Assembly (NCBI GenBank): GCA_018671515.1 | Contig: JABHHN010000062.1 | Span: forward strand, 13,746-77,745 | Source of the DNA: an archaeon | GTDB lineage: Archaea; Nanobdellota; Nanobdellia; Woesearchaeales; GW2011-AR15 | Direction: 5' to 3' | Length of the DNA stretch: 64,000 bases | Part shown: positions 29,542 through 40,236 of the stretch, piece by piece | Position numbering within the stretch: position 1 is the first letter of the stretch | How the letters are laid out: each line of letters begins with the position of its first letter | Program-made: the position numbers and the translations under genes | The notes under the pieces: generated by a model | Told to the model about the DNA's origin: nothing | What the model saw: only the letters and a program-made list of their open reading frames with translations | Databases searched by the model: none

Positions 29542-30437
29542 TTTTTTTTATTATTAGTTGGTTGATTTTTAACTGAACCATCACTCATTATATCAAATAT
29601 ATGATATGGTTTACTTTTTTCTGCTGTTACATTATATATTGGTTTATCTGAAATGAAAACTCTACGATCATCTATAGGACTATGATCATGGCCACATAAT
29701 CCTAAAACTAATTTTGGAAATTTAGTATATAGTTTGCCAATTGCATTTGATCCTAAATATGTTCCTTTATAATTAAAATCCTCAAATTTTTCTGGTGCAA
29801 TAAGTTTTTCAGTTGGTAAATAATGAGTTGATGCTACAATATAATCAACATCATCATTTTTTTGATAAGCTCTTAATTCTTTTCTCAATTTTTTAAAATT
29901 TTGATAGAAAAATCCTAAATTACTAAACAAAATAGGATCTAATTTTCCTTTATACCTTTCTTCATTTTTTAATATTTGTCCTGCTTTTCTTAAAGCAGAT
30001 ACCCAATTATTTGGATCTCCATTTTTTATTTTTACATTTTTTTTTACAAAATCAAAAAAATCACCATTATACCATCCAATATTTCCTACAAAACCAATTT
30101 TTTCTATTACTTTTGGTTTATTATCCAAAAGATGAAAATCATATTTATTAAGTAATTCATTTAATTCATCTATATGAAATGGAACTTTAGAATTTTCCAA
30201 ATTTATTAAATCATGATTACCTAAAACATATAATTTTTCACCAGGAAATTTACCTAATTCTTTTAAAACATTTTCCACATCTTCTTTTGGAGTGCCAATA
30301 TCTCCTATTACAACTAATACATCTGCTATTAATTGTGAAATTTCAGTTGCATGTTCTACTGCTTTAAGACCATTTCTTTCACTTTCAATATGCATATCAG
30401 AAGTAGCAACTATTCTTAGTTTTCTCTCTAATCCCAT
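29538..30437 (-). CDS. calcineurin-like metallophosphoesterase
   Basis: SDMH, GD, GNHD, TH, GHDH. Confidence 0.9.
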   Translation of the reverse strand: MGLERKLRIVATSDMHIESERNGLKAVEHATEISQLIADVLVVIGDIGTPKEDVENVLKELGKFPGEKLYVLGNHDLINLENSKVPFHIDELNELLNKYDFHLLDNKPKVIEKIGFVGNIGWYNGDFFDFVKKNVKIKNGDPNNWVSALRKAGQILKNEERYKGKLDPILFSNLGFFYQNFKKLRKELRAYQKNDDVDYIVASTHYLPTEKLIAPEKFEDFNYKGTYLGSNAIGKLYTKFPKLVLGLCGHDHSPIDDRRVFISDKPIYNVTAEKSKPYHIFDIMSDGSVKNQPTNNKKN

Positions 30438-30496
30438 TTTTGAATTTAAGAAAAGATTTAAAACTAATATTTAAATTATAATGAAAAAATATTAAA

Positions 30497-30823
30497 TCAA
30501 AAAAAGAACCACATTACGCTAAATATAACCAAACCAACTATTGTTGCTAGATTAATTATCCATTCATGTCCTTCTAAATCATAAATCTTTACTCTATCTG
30601 TAAAGGTTCTTCTATAAAATACAAATTTATTGTATTTAATTTTAAAATAGTGCATTGGGGCCAATACGTAAATTATAACAATTGTAAACATTAATTTGTA
30701 ATTTTCACTGTATTGAGAAAAGAAAAACACCATAAAAATTATGGAAAAAGCAATATACCAATAATAACTTCTCTTAATCTCTTTTTCGATCTTCTCTTCA
30801 TCAGGTTTAGTTTTTTCTTTTAT
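30497..30823 (-). CDS. small membrane protein; open frame extends to an ATA overlapping the alaS stop
   Basis: Three hydrophobic segments; frame open 30 codons upstream of ATG 30733. Confidence 0.55.
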   Translation of the reverse strand: MKEKTKPDEEKIEKEIKRSYYWYIAFSIIFMVFFFSQYSENYKLMFTIVIIYVLAPMHYFKIKYNKFVFYRRTFTDRVKIYDLEGHEWIINLATIVGLVIFSVMWFFF

Positions 30824-33348
30824 TTAATATTTACTTTTGCTTTTTCCAAATCACTCTTAAAACGAGTGATTGTTTTTACAATATGTTCTTCTTGAGTCTT
30901 TAATGTTTTGGCAGTCTCTTCAAGAATATTTCCTTTGAATACTTCCTTTGACACTAAAATAAAGTTTTCTTTGTCGTATCTCTTCTTTTTTACTGCTGCT
31001 TTCCATTTCTTAAATAATTCAGATGCACGTCCAGGTATATGATTCATTTCACAATCAAGTAATTTTGCAGCACTCTGCATTATATCCATGTCTTTATTTA
31101 GATTCTGTGCTGCTGCATTCCCTGCAGTAAATTCAATCCTTACAATTCCATCTTGTATTTTTGATGTCTTTAAAATCTTAATCATCTTTGCCTCACCAGT
31201 CAAATTAAGATGAGTTCCACCACATGCCTCAACATCAAGTCCTTTAATATTTACTACTCTTAATTTTTTTCCAGGAACTGCTCCACCCTGATAAAGTGTA
31301 AAACCATATTCTAATTCTGCTTCATTTCTTGGCATAATGGTAGATTCAACTACTAGATTTTTTTCAATTATTTTATTTGCTTCTTCCTCAATTTGTTTTT
31401 CAGTTCTGCTATCAATTGCTTCAAAATGTGTTATGTCAAGACGTGCCTTATCAATATCTTTATTTGCACCTGCCTGCCAAATATGATTCCCTAATATCTT
31501 TCTTGCAACACCATTTATTATGTGAGTTGCTGTATGATGTTGTGCCAATTGTAATCTCCTATCAAAGTCTACTTTGCATTTAACTACATCACCAACTTTG
31601 AACTTTGGATTCTCTTTTAATGTATGGATTACAACTGCTCCTTGTTTGTGAATTTTTTCTACATCTTGATCTTGTATTGTTCCATGATCATGTACCTGTC
31701 CACCTGATGTTGGGTATAATATTGTATGGTCAAGTATCACATGTTTCCCAATTATTTTTAAGACATTTGCATTATCATCTACAATGTCATAAGATTCCCA
31801 ATACCTAATTTCTGTATCAGCTATTTCTCCTAATTCTATTTCTTCTTCTTTTTTTGGGGGTTTTGAAACAGATGCTTGAAGTTCTGAGAGTTGAGCATAG
31901 AAATTATCAGGAATAGAAATTTTAATGCCTTGTTTTTTTGCATGTTCCTGTATCATTTCAGGAGTTATTCCTTGACTTGAATATAATTCAAGAAATTTCT
32001 TATCTGAGATTTGTTTATTTGATTTTAATAATTGTTCAATTTTCTGTTTTGATTTTTTCTTTGTAGCATAATATTTTTTCTTTTCTACATCAAGGATTCT
32101 ATGTACATCACTAAGATTTTCAGATAATTCTGGAAATAATGGTTTTAAATATTCTGCATGCCATACTACAACATCCTTGATATCTATATTCCATTCATAT
32201 TTATCAATAAATGATAATGATCTTCTTAATATCCCTCTTAAATCATATCCTGATCCTACATTTGAAGGAAGTGCTCCATCAGATATTGCAAAAAGTAATG
32301 AACGCGTATGTTCTGCAATAGATAACATTGCTGCCAATGGCTGGATTTTTTCTTTTAATCTTTCTGTGTCCACACCTACTTTTTTTGCAACTACATTCCA
32401 AGTTTCATTTATATCTTCAACTTCATCTACATTTAGATATGAAGAATAAGGTAAGAATTTCATCATCAATTCCTGATCAATTTCTATTCCTGTAATTTTT
32501 CTTAATTTTTTTACAACTGTTGGAAATGTTGATTCATATGAAGTTGAAGTCCCTTTTGTAAACCATGCGTTCCTTTCATGACCCATCCCCATATCAAGTA
32601 CTTTTAGAGGAAGTCCTTTTCGTCCTTTTTCTGTCTGTTCAAACATCATATATACTTGATTTCCAAGTTCTAGACCACGTGAAAAGTATTCCATACAAGG
32701 CCCAAAATTTCCTCCACCTGCCCATGCATCTTCATGAAAGGTTATTTCTTCATTTGGAAGACCAAGACCATCTTTTAGCCATTTATGAATATCTCCAAAA
32801 ACTCTATTCTGATCCCATTGACTTTCAGGAACAAACATATGTTGACCAATCATTACAAAACCAGTATAATGTGCACCTGTAATTCCAACATTGTCAATAT
32901 CATTGAATCTTAAACAAAATTGTGGAACTACAAGTGGATTAGCAGGTGGTTCAATTGTACCATTTACAACATATGGCTGAAAATCATAAATTGATGCACC
33001 TACAAATTCTGCATCATCACGCCACCTTGCAACAACTGGATATCTTTTAATTGGTGTATATCCTAATTTTGTAAAGAATTTTGAGAATTTTTTCCAAACT
33101 TGGATATAATCCATTTCTTCTTTTGCAGGTGTATCACCAATAAAACGAAATCCACCACTACATGCTGGATCCCCGCAAATCTTCTGGTCTTTGTTTACCG
33201 TCCAAAAAAATGTCTTGCACTCACATTGTCTTCTTATATAACCTTCTGATTTTAGGTATTTAGTAGCATAAAAATCATCAGGATTCTCTGATGCTTCTTT
33301 CTTAAATTCTTTTTTTATCTGTTTATCTGTCTTCATGATTATCACCAA
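30820..33348 (-). CDS. alaS: alanine-tRNA ligase, archaeal type, reduced C-Ala region
   Basis: RYPVVARWR, CLRFNDIDNVG, WAGGGN, HTATH, CGGTH editing motifs. Confidence 0.97.
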   Translation of the reverse strand: MVIIMKTDKQIKKEFKKEASENPDDFYATKYLKSEGYIRRQCECKTFFWTVNKDQKICGDPACSGGFRFIGDTPAKEEMDYIQVWKKFSKFFTKLGYTPIKRYPVVARWRDDAEFVGASIYDFQPYVVNGTIEPPANPLVVPQFCLRFNDIDNVGITGAHYTGFVMIGQHMFVPESQWDQNRVFGDIHKWLKDGLGLPNEEITFHEDAWAGGGNFGPCMEYFSRGLELGNQVYMMFEQTEKGRKGLPLKVLDMGMGHERNAWFTKGTSTSYESTFPTVVKKLRKITGIEIDQELMMKFLPYSSYLNVDEVEDINETWNVVAKKVGVDTERLKEKIQPLAAMLSIAEHTRSLLFAISDGALPSNVGSGYDLRGILRRSLSFIDKYEWNIDIKDVVVWHAEYLKPLFPELSENLSDVHRILDVEKKKYYATKKKSKQKIEQLLKSNKQISDKKFLELYSSQGITPEMIQEHAKKQGIKISIPDNFYAQLSELQASVSKPPKKEEEIELGEIADTEIRYWESYDIVDDNANVLKIIGKHVILDHTILYPTSGGQVHDHGTIQDQDVEKIHKQGAVVIHTLKENPKFKVGDVVKCKVDFDRRLQLAQHHTATHIINGVARKILGNHIWQAGANKDIDKARLDITHFEAIDSRTEKQIEEEANKIIEKNLVVESTIMPRNEAELEYGFTLYQGGAVPGKKLRVVNIKGLDVEACGGTHLNLTGEAKMIKILKTSKIQDGIVRIEFTAGNAAAQNLNKDMDIMQSAAKLLDCEMNHIPGRASELFKKWKAAVKKKRYDKENFILVSKEVFKGNILEETAKTLKTQEEHIVKTITRFKSDLEKAKVNIK

Positions 33349-33420
33349 TATAGTATCTTGATTTAAATATTTTTATCTGTTGAAATAAATTGAAAATTGA
33401 AAAATATGTTTAATTAAAGT

Positions 33421-33486
33421 TAATGAACTAGTTGTATCCCGCTATTGCGGTTGCAGAAAAATAATCATATTGAATTCTGTTCATTA
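33421..33486. repeat. intergenic palindromic cassette
   Basis: Terminal IR TAATGAAC/GTTCATTA; inner hairpin CCGC-TATT-GCGG. Confidence 0.5.
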
Positions 33487-33595
33487 GAAAAAGTAAAACT
33501 CTTTTATATATAAGGATTTTGGCAAACATAATCTAAAATTAATTTAGAAAAAAATTAATAAAATTGAAAAAAAATCTTTTTTTAAAATGTTATAA

Positions 33596-33946
33596 TTAAA
33601 CTTCTCCTACACCTGGAATACCTGCTTGTTCATCAATATTTGTATTCAATTCATTAGGATTATTAATCTCTACGTTTGATTGTGTCAAATCTTCTTCTTT
33701 TCCATTTGGATATAATCCACATATACAATTAGTATTACAATAAACAGGAAAATCATTTGTACCACCACATTTTTCTTCTAAATTATAATCACTTAGTGGT
33801 CCATATGCTATTAATCCTCTGCATTCAACATTCACTATAGAAAAAATAGTGCATTTTTTTCCAGGTTCTGTTTTTGGAAACTCTGTACCACATGATGAAA
33901 TTATAGTAATACAAAGTGCCAATAATAAAATTATTTTTATTTTCAT
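33596..33946 (-). CDS. small Cys-rich lipoprotein
   Basis: Lipobox ISSC. Confidence 0.65.
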   Translation of the reverse strand: MKIKIILLLALCITIISSCGTEFPKTEPGKKCTIFSIVNVECRGLIAYGPLSDYNLEEKCGGTNDFPVYCNTNCICGLYPNGKEEDLTQSNVEINNPNELNTNIDEQAGIPGVGEV

Positions 33947-34147
33947 AACTTAAAAAGTTATATTTAATATATTTAAAGATTACTATTATGAATTTTAGAT
34001 AAATAATATATTTAATAAAAAAGATATTTAAAATTAAATTTTTATATTTAAAATAAAAATAATTTCTAAAACGACATTTTTATAAACCCTTTTTAATTTT
34101 AAAAAAACAGTTAAGTTAATAATATTTAAGTTGGGGTGCAAAAAAAC

Positions 34148-36079
34148 ATGGGTAAAAATTCAAAACATAAAGTGAAGACTATGCCAAAAAGAAAAGTGCA
34201 TAGCAGCAATAGTTCTCATCCTAAAAAACATGAGACAAAACACAAAGTTAAACATACAGAAACACCAAAGTACGAAACAAAACACGTTTCAAAAAATAAT
34301 AATACAGGTCTATGGATCGCAGTATTTCTGCTTTCAATTCTTGTTGTAACAGCAGTTGCAACAGATGGATTCAAAACTCTTTTTGATAAAAAAGATACAC
34401 CTGCAACGAGTACAGGTGGAGAATATGGAACAGCAAAATTAGAATTCTATGTTATGAGTCAGTGCCCTTACGGTACACAAGTAGAAGATGCTATTGGTCC
34501 AGTTCTTGATAAATTAGGAGATGCTGTTGATTTCGAATTAAATTTTATATCAACTGATCTTGGAGATGGAACTTTTAAAAGTCTCCACGGAGAACCTGAA
34601 ACTAAAGGAAATATAGCTCAACTTTGTGCAATAAAATATAATCCTGAAAAATATATGGATATGATACTTTGCATGAATAAAGATGCAAGAGCAATACCTG
34701 ATAATTGGGAATCATGTGCAAATAGCAATGATCTTGATGTAGCTAATATTAAAACCTGTTATGAAGGACAAGAAGGAATTGATTTACTAAAAACAAATGT
34801 TCCAAAGGCAGTTGAAGCTAATGCAAGAGGTTCACCAACTATATTTCTAAATGGAAACCCATATAATAGTGGACGAGACACAACTGCATTTCTAAAAGCA
34901 ATTTGTGCTCAACTAGATGGACATCCTGAATGTATTAATCTTCCTAAATGTTCAGCAGATACAGATTGTATTGCAGAAGCTGATAAAAATGGAGTATGTG
35001 AAAATCCAGGAGAAAAAGATGCTAAATGTACTTATACAGATCCAGTTGCAGTTGCAGTTAAATTTTTAGTAGATGATAATTGCGTCGCGTGTCAGCCTGA
35101 ACAAGTAAACGATGTCACTAAAAATTTCTTTAAAGGTGCAGATTTTAATGAAGTAAAATTTGAATCAAATGAAGGGCAAGCTATGATGGAAAAATATAAT
35201 ATTGTTTATCTTCCAGCATATGTTTTTGAATCAGAAATTGAAAACACACTTATGTGGAAAACACAGCCAGGACTTGCTAATTCATTTATTAAAAATGATG
35301 ATGGCTCATATAGACTTAATCCTGAAGCAGTAGGTTCAACATGGGATCCTTATCAGGAAGTCTGTGATAATGAAATAGATGACAATGATGATGGTAAGAC
35401 TGATTGTGAAGATGAAAAATGTGGTGGAACAATGGCTTGTATGGAAAAATTAGAAGTGCCTAAAGTTGAAATGTTTGTCATGAGTCACTGTCCTTTTGGA
35501 ACACAATTTGAAAAAGGAGCTGTACCAGCACTAAAATTATTAGGGGATAAAATTGATTATGATATGAATTTTGTTTATTATGCAATGCATGGTAAAATAG
35601 AACTTGATGAACAATTAATCCAACACTGTATCCAGCAAGAACAAAAAGATATATATCTTGATTATCTTGAATGTTTCTTAATTGATGGAAATACAGATAG
35701 ATGTCTAAGTGTTGTAGATATTGAAAAATCAGATATTCAAAGTTGCATCGATAGTACAGATGAAGAATTTAAAATAACTGAACAATTCAATGACAAATCA
35801 ACCTGGTTATCAGGAAACTACCCATTATTTGATGTATCAAAAGACTTGAATACAAAATATAACGTAGGTGGTTCACCTAGCTGGGTAGTCAATGGAGTAA
35901 ATATAGATAGCGTTGGACGAGATCCTGCAAGTATATTAAAAGCAATCTGTTATGGGTTTGATGAAAAGCCTGCAGAATGTGATGAAGTATTACCTGCTGT
36001 TACCTATGGTTCTGGTTTTGGTCCATCTGATGAAAATGTACCTGCTGCTCCTGCAAGTACAAGTGGAAGCTGCGGATAA
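34148..36079 (+). CDS. membrane-anchored multi-domain thioredoxin-fold (DsbA/GILT-like) protein
   Basis: TM anchor; duplicated FxVMSxCPxG...HG...GSP domains around a CVAC domain; His/Lys-rich N-tail. Confidence 0.8.
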   Translation: MGKNSKHKVKTMPKRKVHSSNSSHPKKHETKHKVKHTETPKYETKHVSKNNNTGLWIAVFLLSILVVTAVATDGFKTLFDKKDTPATSTGGEYGTAKLEFYVMSQCPYGTQVEDAIGPVLDKLGDAVDFELNFISTDLGDGTFKSLHGEPETKGNIAQLCAIKYNPEKYMDMILCMNKDARAIPDNWESCANSNDLDVANIKTCYEGQEGIDLLKTNVPKAVEANARGSPTIFLNGNPYNSGRDTTAFLKAICAQLDGHPECINLPKCSADTDCIAEADKNGVCENPGEKDAKCTYTDPVAVAVKFLVDDNCVACQPEQVNDVTKNFFKGADFNEVKFESNEGQAMMEKYNIVYLPAYVFESEIENTLMWKTQPGLANSFIKNDDGSYRLNPEAVGSTWDPYQEVCDNEIDDNDDGKTDCEDEKCGGTMACMEKLEVPKVEMFVMSHCPFGTQFEKGAVPALKLLGDKIDYDMNFVYYAMHGKIELDEQLIQHCIQQEQKDIYLDYLECFLIDGNTDRCLSVVDIEKSDIQSCIDSTDEEFKITEQFNDKSTWLSGNYPLFDVSKDLNTKYNVGGSPSWVVNGVNIDSVGRDPASILKAICYGFDEKPAECDEVLPAVTYGSGFGPSDENVPAAPASTSGSCG

Positions 36080-36307
36080 AACCTAAATTTTTATTTTTTT
36101 ATTTATTTTTTTATTGAGTTAAAAACATTAAGTAAATTCTCTTTTTATCTAAAAAACATCTAAAATTGCATAACACTTATAAAATCTTCAATATTTGTTA
36201 TATTATAGTAATCAAATATTAGCAAACATTCTGACAAATGTTTAATATTATAAATAGTGATTCTTGAGGGGAAAAATTCTTTTCAAGATGGAAGAATCAA
36301 ATACAAA

Positions 36308-36586
36308 ATGGCATTTAAAAGAAACGAAAAATCAATGGATAATTTTATAGACTATCATAATAAGAAATATTTTAGTGCTATGGAATATAGAAAAGAAGAA
36401 AAAAAAGATATAGATATATCTCAAAAAATCAAAGTCTCAATTAAGTCAATTGGATCCAAAGGAGATGGGATTGCAAAATTCAAAAATTATGTTGTGATAA
36501 TTCCTGATGTAAAAGTTGGAGATGAAGTTGAAGTCATAATAACAAATATCAAAGATAATTTGGTATTTGCAAAAAAAAGTGAATAA
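36308..36586 (+). CDS. single TRAM-domain RNA-binding protein
   Basis: IKSIGSKGDGIAK..YVVIIPDVKVGDEVEVII...FA. Confidence 0.88.
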   Translation: MAFKRNEKSMDNFIDYHNKKYFSAMEYRKEEKKDIDISQKIKVSIKSIGSKGDGIAKFKNYVVIIPDVKVGDEVEVIITNIKDNLVFAKKSE

Positions 36587-36589
36587 AAA

Positions 36590-36727
36590 ATGAGAGTATA
36601 CAAACAATTATCAAATTGCCTAATGTGCAAACAAAGATTTGTTGTTGAAAACCCAAAAATCAGAGCAAGAAATTATTGTCCTGAGTGCAAAAACAAATAC
36701 TTTGAAATGAAAAAAGAAATAGTCTAA
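36590..36727 (+). CDS. 45-aa Zn-ribbon protein (not in ORF track)
   Basis: MRVYKQLSNCLMCKQRFVVENPKIRARNYCPECKNKYFEMKKEIV; two CxxC motifs; starts 3 nt after the TRAM stop. Confidence 0.8.
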   Translation: MRVYKQLSNCLMCKQRFVVENPKIRARNYCPECKNKYFEMKKEIV

Positions 36728-36833
36728 ATGGAAGAAAATAATCTTTTTTCAATTCTTAATATATAATTAGAGAAATATCAGCAAAATTTATTAAATAAAT
36801 AATAATAAAATTTATTTTAATCTACTTAAATAA

Positions 36834-36953
36834 TCATTCTTCTTCCATTTTATTCACCTCATCTGAATCAAAATATTTATTGCATATACTTGCCCTATTC
36901 ATCTTGAAATTTTCATCATTATACACTACATTTATCCACTTTTTTTCTTCCAT
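36834..36953 (-). CDS. possible 39-aa protein or gene fragment
   Basis: MEEKKWINVVY... preceded by an AAGGAGG SD-like motif. Confidence 0.35.
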   Translation of the reverse strand: MEEKKWINVVYNDENFKMNRASICNKYFDSDEVNKMEEE

Positions 36954-37088
36954 CTCTAATTTCCTCCTTTTCATAGAATTATTCTTGCATCCTTTGTTTA
37001 TATATGATGCGTGAGGACTTGTCCAGTGCAAGAAGTTTTATTAAAATAAATATTAATGATTTATTGTGAATTTTAGTTGTGAAATTAC

Positions 37089-37175
37089 TTCATAAATAAT
37101 TTAGAAAGTGCAAAAAGCACTTTCTTTTATAAAAAAGAATTTTCAAAATGAAAATTCTTTACTTTAATGATGAAA
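37089..37175. repeat. palindromic intergenic element, family C copy 1
   Basis: AGAAAGTGC-AAAAA-GCACTTTCT; AAAGAATTTTCA-AAA-TGAAAATTCTTT; tail TTAATGATGAAA as at 58042-58118. Confidence 0.8.
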
Positions 37176-37286
37176 CTATTTTTTCTAAAAAAAATATAAT
37201 CTAATAAGCACAAACAATTCATAATATATATAAAAAATTAAAAAAAAAAAAATTAAAAAAAAAAGAAAAAATATTTTAAAAAATAC

Positions 37287-40004
37287 TTAAGAAATATCCA
37301 AGTCCTTTAATGAATCTTCAAGAAGTTTCATGTATTTACCTATACCTTCCCAATCTTGATTCTCCATCGCTTCCATTGCTTTATTATAATATTCAAGTGC
37401 TTCTGATGTTGAAGGAATTTCACCTGTTTCTCCATTATCTTCACCATCATCATCATCTGATATTTTAATGTATTTTCCAGCATACAATGCATTTAGAGCT
37501 GACTCGAAATCCTTTTCCATGACAATTCTATTGCCATAAGAAAGTAAAATTCTTTTTAGCTCAGGTATTTCACCATTATCTGCTGTTATATATAATGGTT
37601 CAATGTAAAGCAGTGTATTTTCAATTGGAATCACCAAAAGATTACCTCTTATGACATTTGAACCTCTCTGGCTCCACAATGTCAATTGTTCTGAAATCTC
37701 TGAGTTCTGATCGATTCTTGCTTCAATCTGTGATGGTCCAAATACCAATTTGTCTTTTGGAAATTTGAAAAGAACTAAATCATTATTGACATTATTATCA
37801 TCAATTGTAATTCTTCCTGAAATCCAAGCAATCATGTTATCTTTATTTACAGGTGTGTATGGTGTAATTATTACATATTCTTCATCATCCATATCTGGAA
37901 GTTTTAATAATACATAATAAGGAGTCATAACTTGTGATGTTCCCTGTCCATAAATCTCGTTTGGTATATCCCATAGATCTTCTCTATTATAGTATACTTT
38001 AGGATCTTTCATATGATATGTTGCAAAAATATCTACCTGAACTTTAAATAATTCTTCAGGATATCTAAAGTGACTCCTGATACTTTCTGGAACTTCACTT
38101 ATTGATTTTACAAGTCCTGGAAATATCTTTGAATAAGTCTGAATCAATGGGTCAGTTGGATCAGTTAGATAAAATTCAACAGTACCATCATACGCATCCA
38201 TTACAATTTTTACAGAATTTCTTATATAATTGAAATTTGATGTTGGATCTGAATAAGGGAATCTATTTGATAATGTATATGCATCCTGTATCCATTTTAT
38301 TCTTCCATCAACCACAACTACATATGGATCACTATCAAGTGCCAAAAATGGTGCTATCTTTGAAATCCTTTTCTGTACCTGCCTGTTAAATAATATTTTA
38401 CTTTCATCATTTACTGCACTATTTAGAATAATGTTGATGTCTGAAAAATACATTGCCAGGAAAACTTTTTTGAAAAATGAATCTACTTTTACTCCACCGT
38501 GTCCTGCGTAGTTTGTATATTCATTTAAGTCACCTTTTGGATAATCAAATTCTTCTATTTCAGTGTCAACAATAACAAAATTATTTGCAATTTCCCCATA
38601 ATAAATTTCAGGTCTTTCTATTTCAAAAGTTTCACTAACTGGAGGGATATCTTTAATTAATAATTCTGGAAGTCCTTCTTTAGATATTTTGTTTACTGGA
38701 CTCATTACTACACCATAACCATGTGTAAAAACCATGTGTTCATTTATCCAAGTTTTAGCTTTATCTCTTAATTGAGTATGATCAAGTTCTCTTGCTGAGA
38801 GCATTACTTGTGTTTCTTCTCCATCTATATCATATTTTCCTATATCAACATCATAGAAATCATAGTATAATCTTATTTCCTGAAGTTGTTTATATGTTTG
38901 TTTTAGTGGTCTCCAATCAAGTATTCTTAATTTTTTTATTGCTTCTTCATTATCTCTTAATACACTTTCTTTAGGTTCATCTACAACATCAAAAAATGTT
39001 TCTTCTACTTTATCTAATCCATATGCAATATTTGTATATTTTATATTGTGCTTGATGTATTCTTCTTCTAATGAGAATTCATTTGGATTTACTTTAAAAG
39101 ACTGAACAAAAACTGGAACAAACTGACTTGCAAGAATTGAAATCATATAAAGTCCTACTAATGTAATTAAAACATGACGTCTTTTGATTTTTTTTGATTT
39201 TACAAATATCCTTATAATAAAAATTACTGATATCATTATTGAAAAAATCACAAGTAAATTTGCTATTGGAAGTGATACATTTACATCTGAGAAACCTGCT
39301 CCAAAAACAACACCTGCTTTTGAAAAAAGAATATTAAATCTTGATAAATAATGTTTTATTGCAGCTAATATAAAAAATAAACATCCAAAAATAAATAGGT
39401 GATTTTTTGCACCTATTGTTATGTTGAACTCCATATTTTTTTTATATGCATTCATATCAATTGTTTTTCCACTTTTTTCAGTCACATTAGGTGCCTGTGA
39501 AGTAAAGAATTGTTTAATCTCTTTCCACAAATAAATCAATGAAATCCAGATTAGATTTATTACAAGAATTACACCTAAAATATTAGTTACAAAAGATATG
39601 AAAGGAAGTGCGAAAACATAATAACTGATATCTCTTGAAAATATTGGATCGACAATGTTAAATGCAAATCCATTTAAATATTTAAGATAGACATCCCAAC
39701 CTAAGGAGGCAACACTTCCTACAAAAAAACTTGTAGCCAATCCAACAGGCAGAGATAATTTTGAAAAAAATGATTTTTTCTTGTGCATTGCAATAAAATT
39801 ATTTAGGAAAAATATTGCTAATGAAACACCAAAGAATATTATAAAAAGAGTGATTTTAGCCTTAATCGGAATAATAAATAGATCTTTATATCCTGTTGAA
39901 TCAAACCACATATAGTCTACAATAAAAGTGACTATCTGCTGCCAAAAAATAAATAAAAGGGCAATTATCATTAATGTAAAATTAAAAGAATTTTTTGTTT
40001 TCAT
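37287..40004 (-). CDS. UPF0182 family membrane protein
   Basis: DPIFSRDISYYVF, QLQEIRLYYDF.DVD, FTHGYG, NYIRNSVK, HFRYP, GNLLVIP. Confidence 0.95.
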   Translation of the reverse strand: MKTKNSFNFTLMIIALLFIFWQQIVTFIVDYMWFDSTGYKDLFIIPIKAKITLFIIFFGVSLAIFFLNNFIAMHKKKSFFSKLSLPVGLATSFFVGSVASLGWDVYLKYLNGFAFNIVDPIFSRDISYYVFALPFISFVTNILGVILVINLIWISLIYLWKEIKQFFTSQAPNVTEKSGKTIDMNAYKKNMEFNITIGAKNHLFIFGCLFFILAAIKHYLSRFNILFSKAGVVFGAGFSDVNVSLPIANLLVIFSIMISVIFIIRIFVKSKKIKRRHVLITLVGLYMISILASQFVPVFVQSFKVNPNEFSLEEEYIKHNIKYTNIAYGLDKVEETFFDVVDEPKESVLRDNEEAIKKLRILDWRPLKQTYKQLQEIRLYYDFYDVDIGKYDIDGEETQVMLSARELDHTQLRDKAKTWINEHMVFTHGYGVVMSPVNKISKEGLPELLIKDIPPVSETFEIERPEIYYGEIANNFVIVDTEIEEFDYPKGDLNEYTNYAGHGGVKVDSFFKKVFLAMYFSDINIILNSAVNDESKILFNRQVQKRISKIAPFLALDSDPYVVVVDGRIKWIQDAYTLSNRFPYSDPTSNFNYIRNSVKIVMDAYDGTVEFYLTDPTDPLIQTYSKIFPGLVKSISEVPESIRSHFRYPEELFKVQVDIFATYHMKDPKVYYNREDLWDIPNEIYGQGTSQVMTPYYVLLKLPDMDDEEYVIITPYTPVNKDNMIAWISGRITIDDNNVNNDLVLFKFPKDKLVFGPSQIEARIDQNSEISEQLTLWSQRGSNVIRGNLLVIPIENTLLYIEPLYITADNGEIPELKRILLSYGNRIVMEKDFESALNALYAGKYIKISDDDDGEDNGETGEIPSTSEALEYYNKAMEAMENQDWEGIGKYMKLLEDSLKDLDIS

Positions 40005-40137
40005 GAGTTTATATAATATAGAATAAAGATATAAAGGTATGTATGAAAAAAACTATATTTTAAATGAATTTTAATTAAGATTTTTAGCACTTAATCATTT
40101 AAAAAAAAAATTAATTTATTATTAATTAAGTTCTATA

Positions 40138-40203
40138 ATCTCGCTTTGCGAGATAGTTCTTTGCAGATGCGTAGCCTATGCTCTGTTTAAAATTAATGAT
40201 TAA
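40138..40203. repeat. intergenic double-hairpin cassette
   Basis: ATCTCGC-TTT-GCGAGAT; GCAGA.GCGTA-GCC-TATGC.TCTGT; tail TTAATGATTAA. Confidence 0.7.
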
Positions 40204-40236
40204 AAAAAGTAAACTCTTCAATAAATAAATAAAAAA

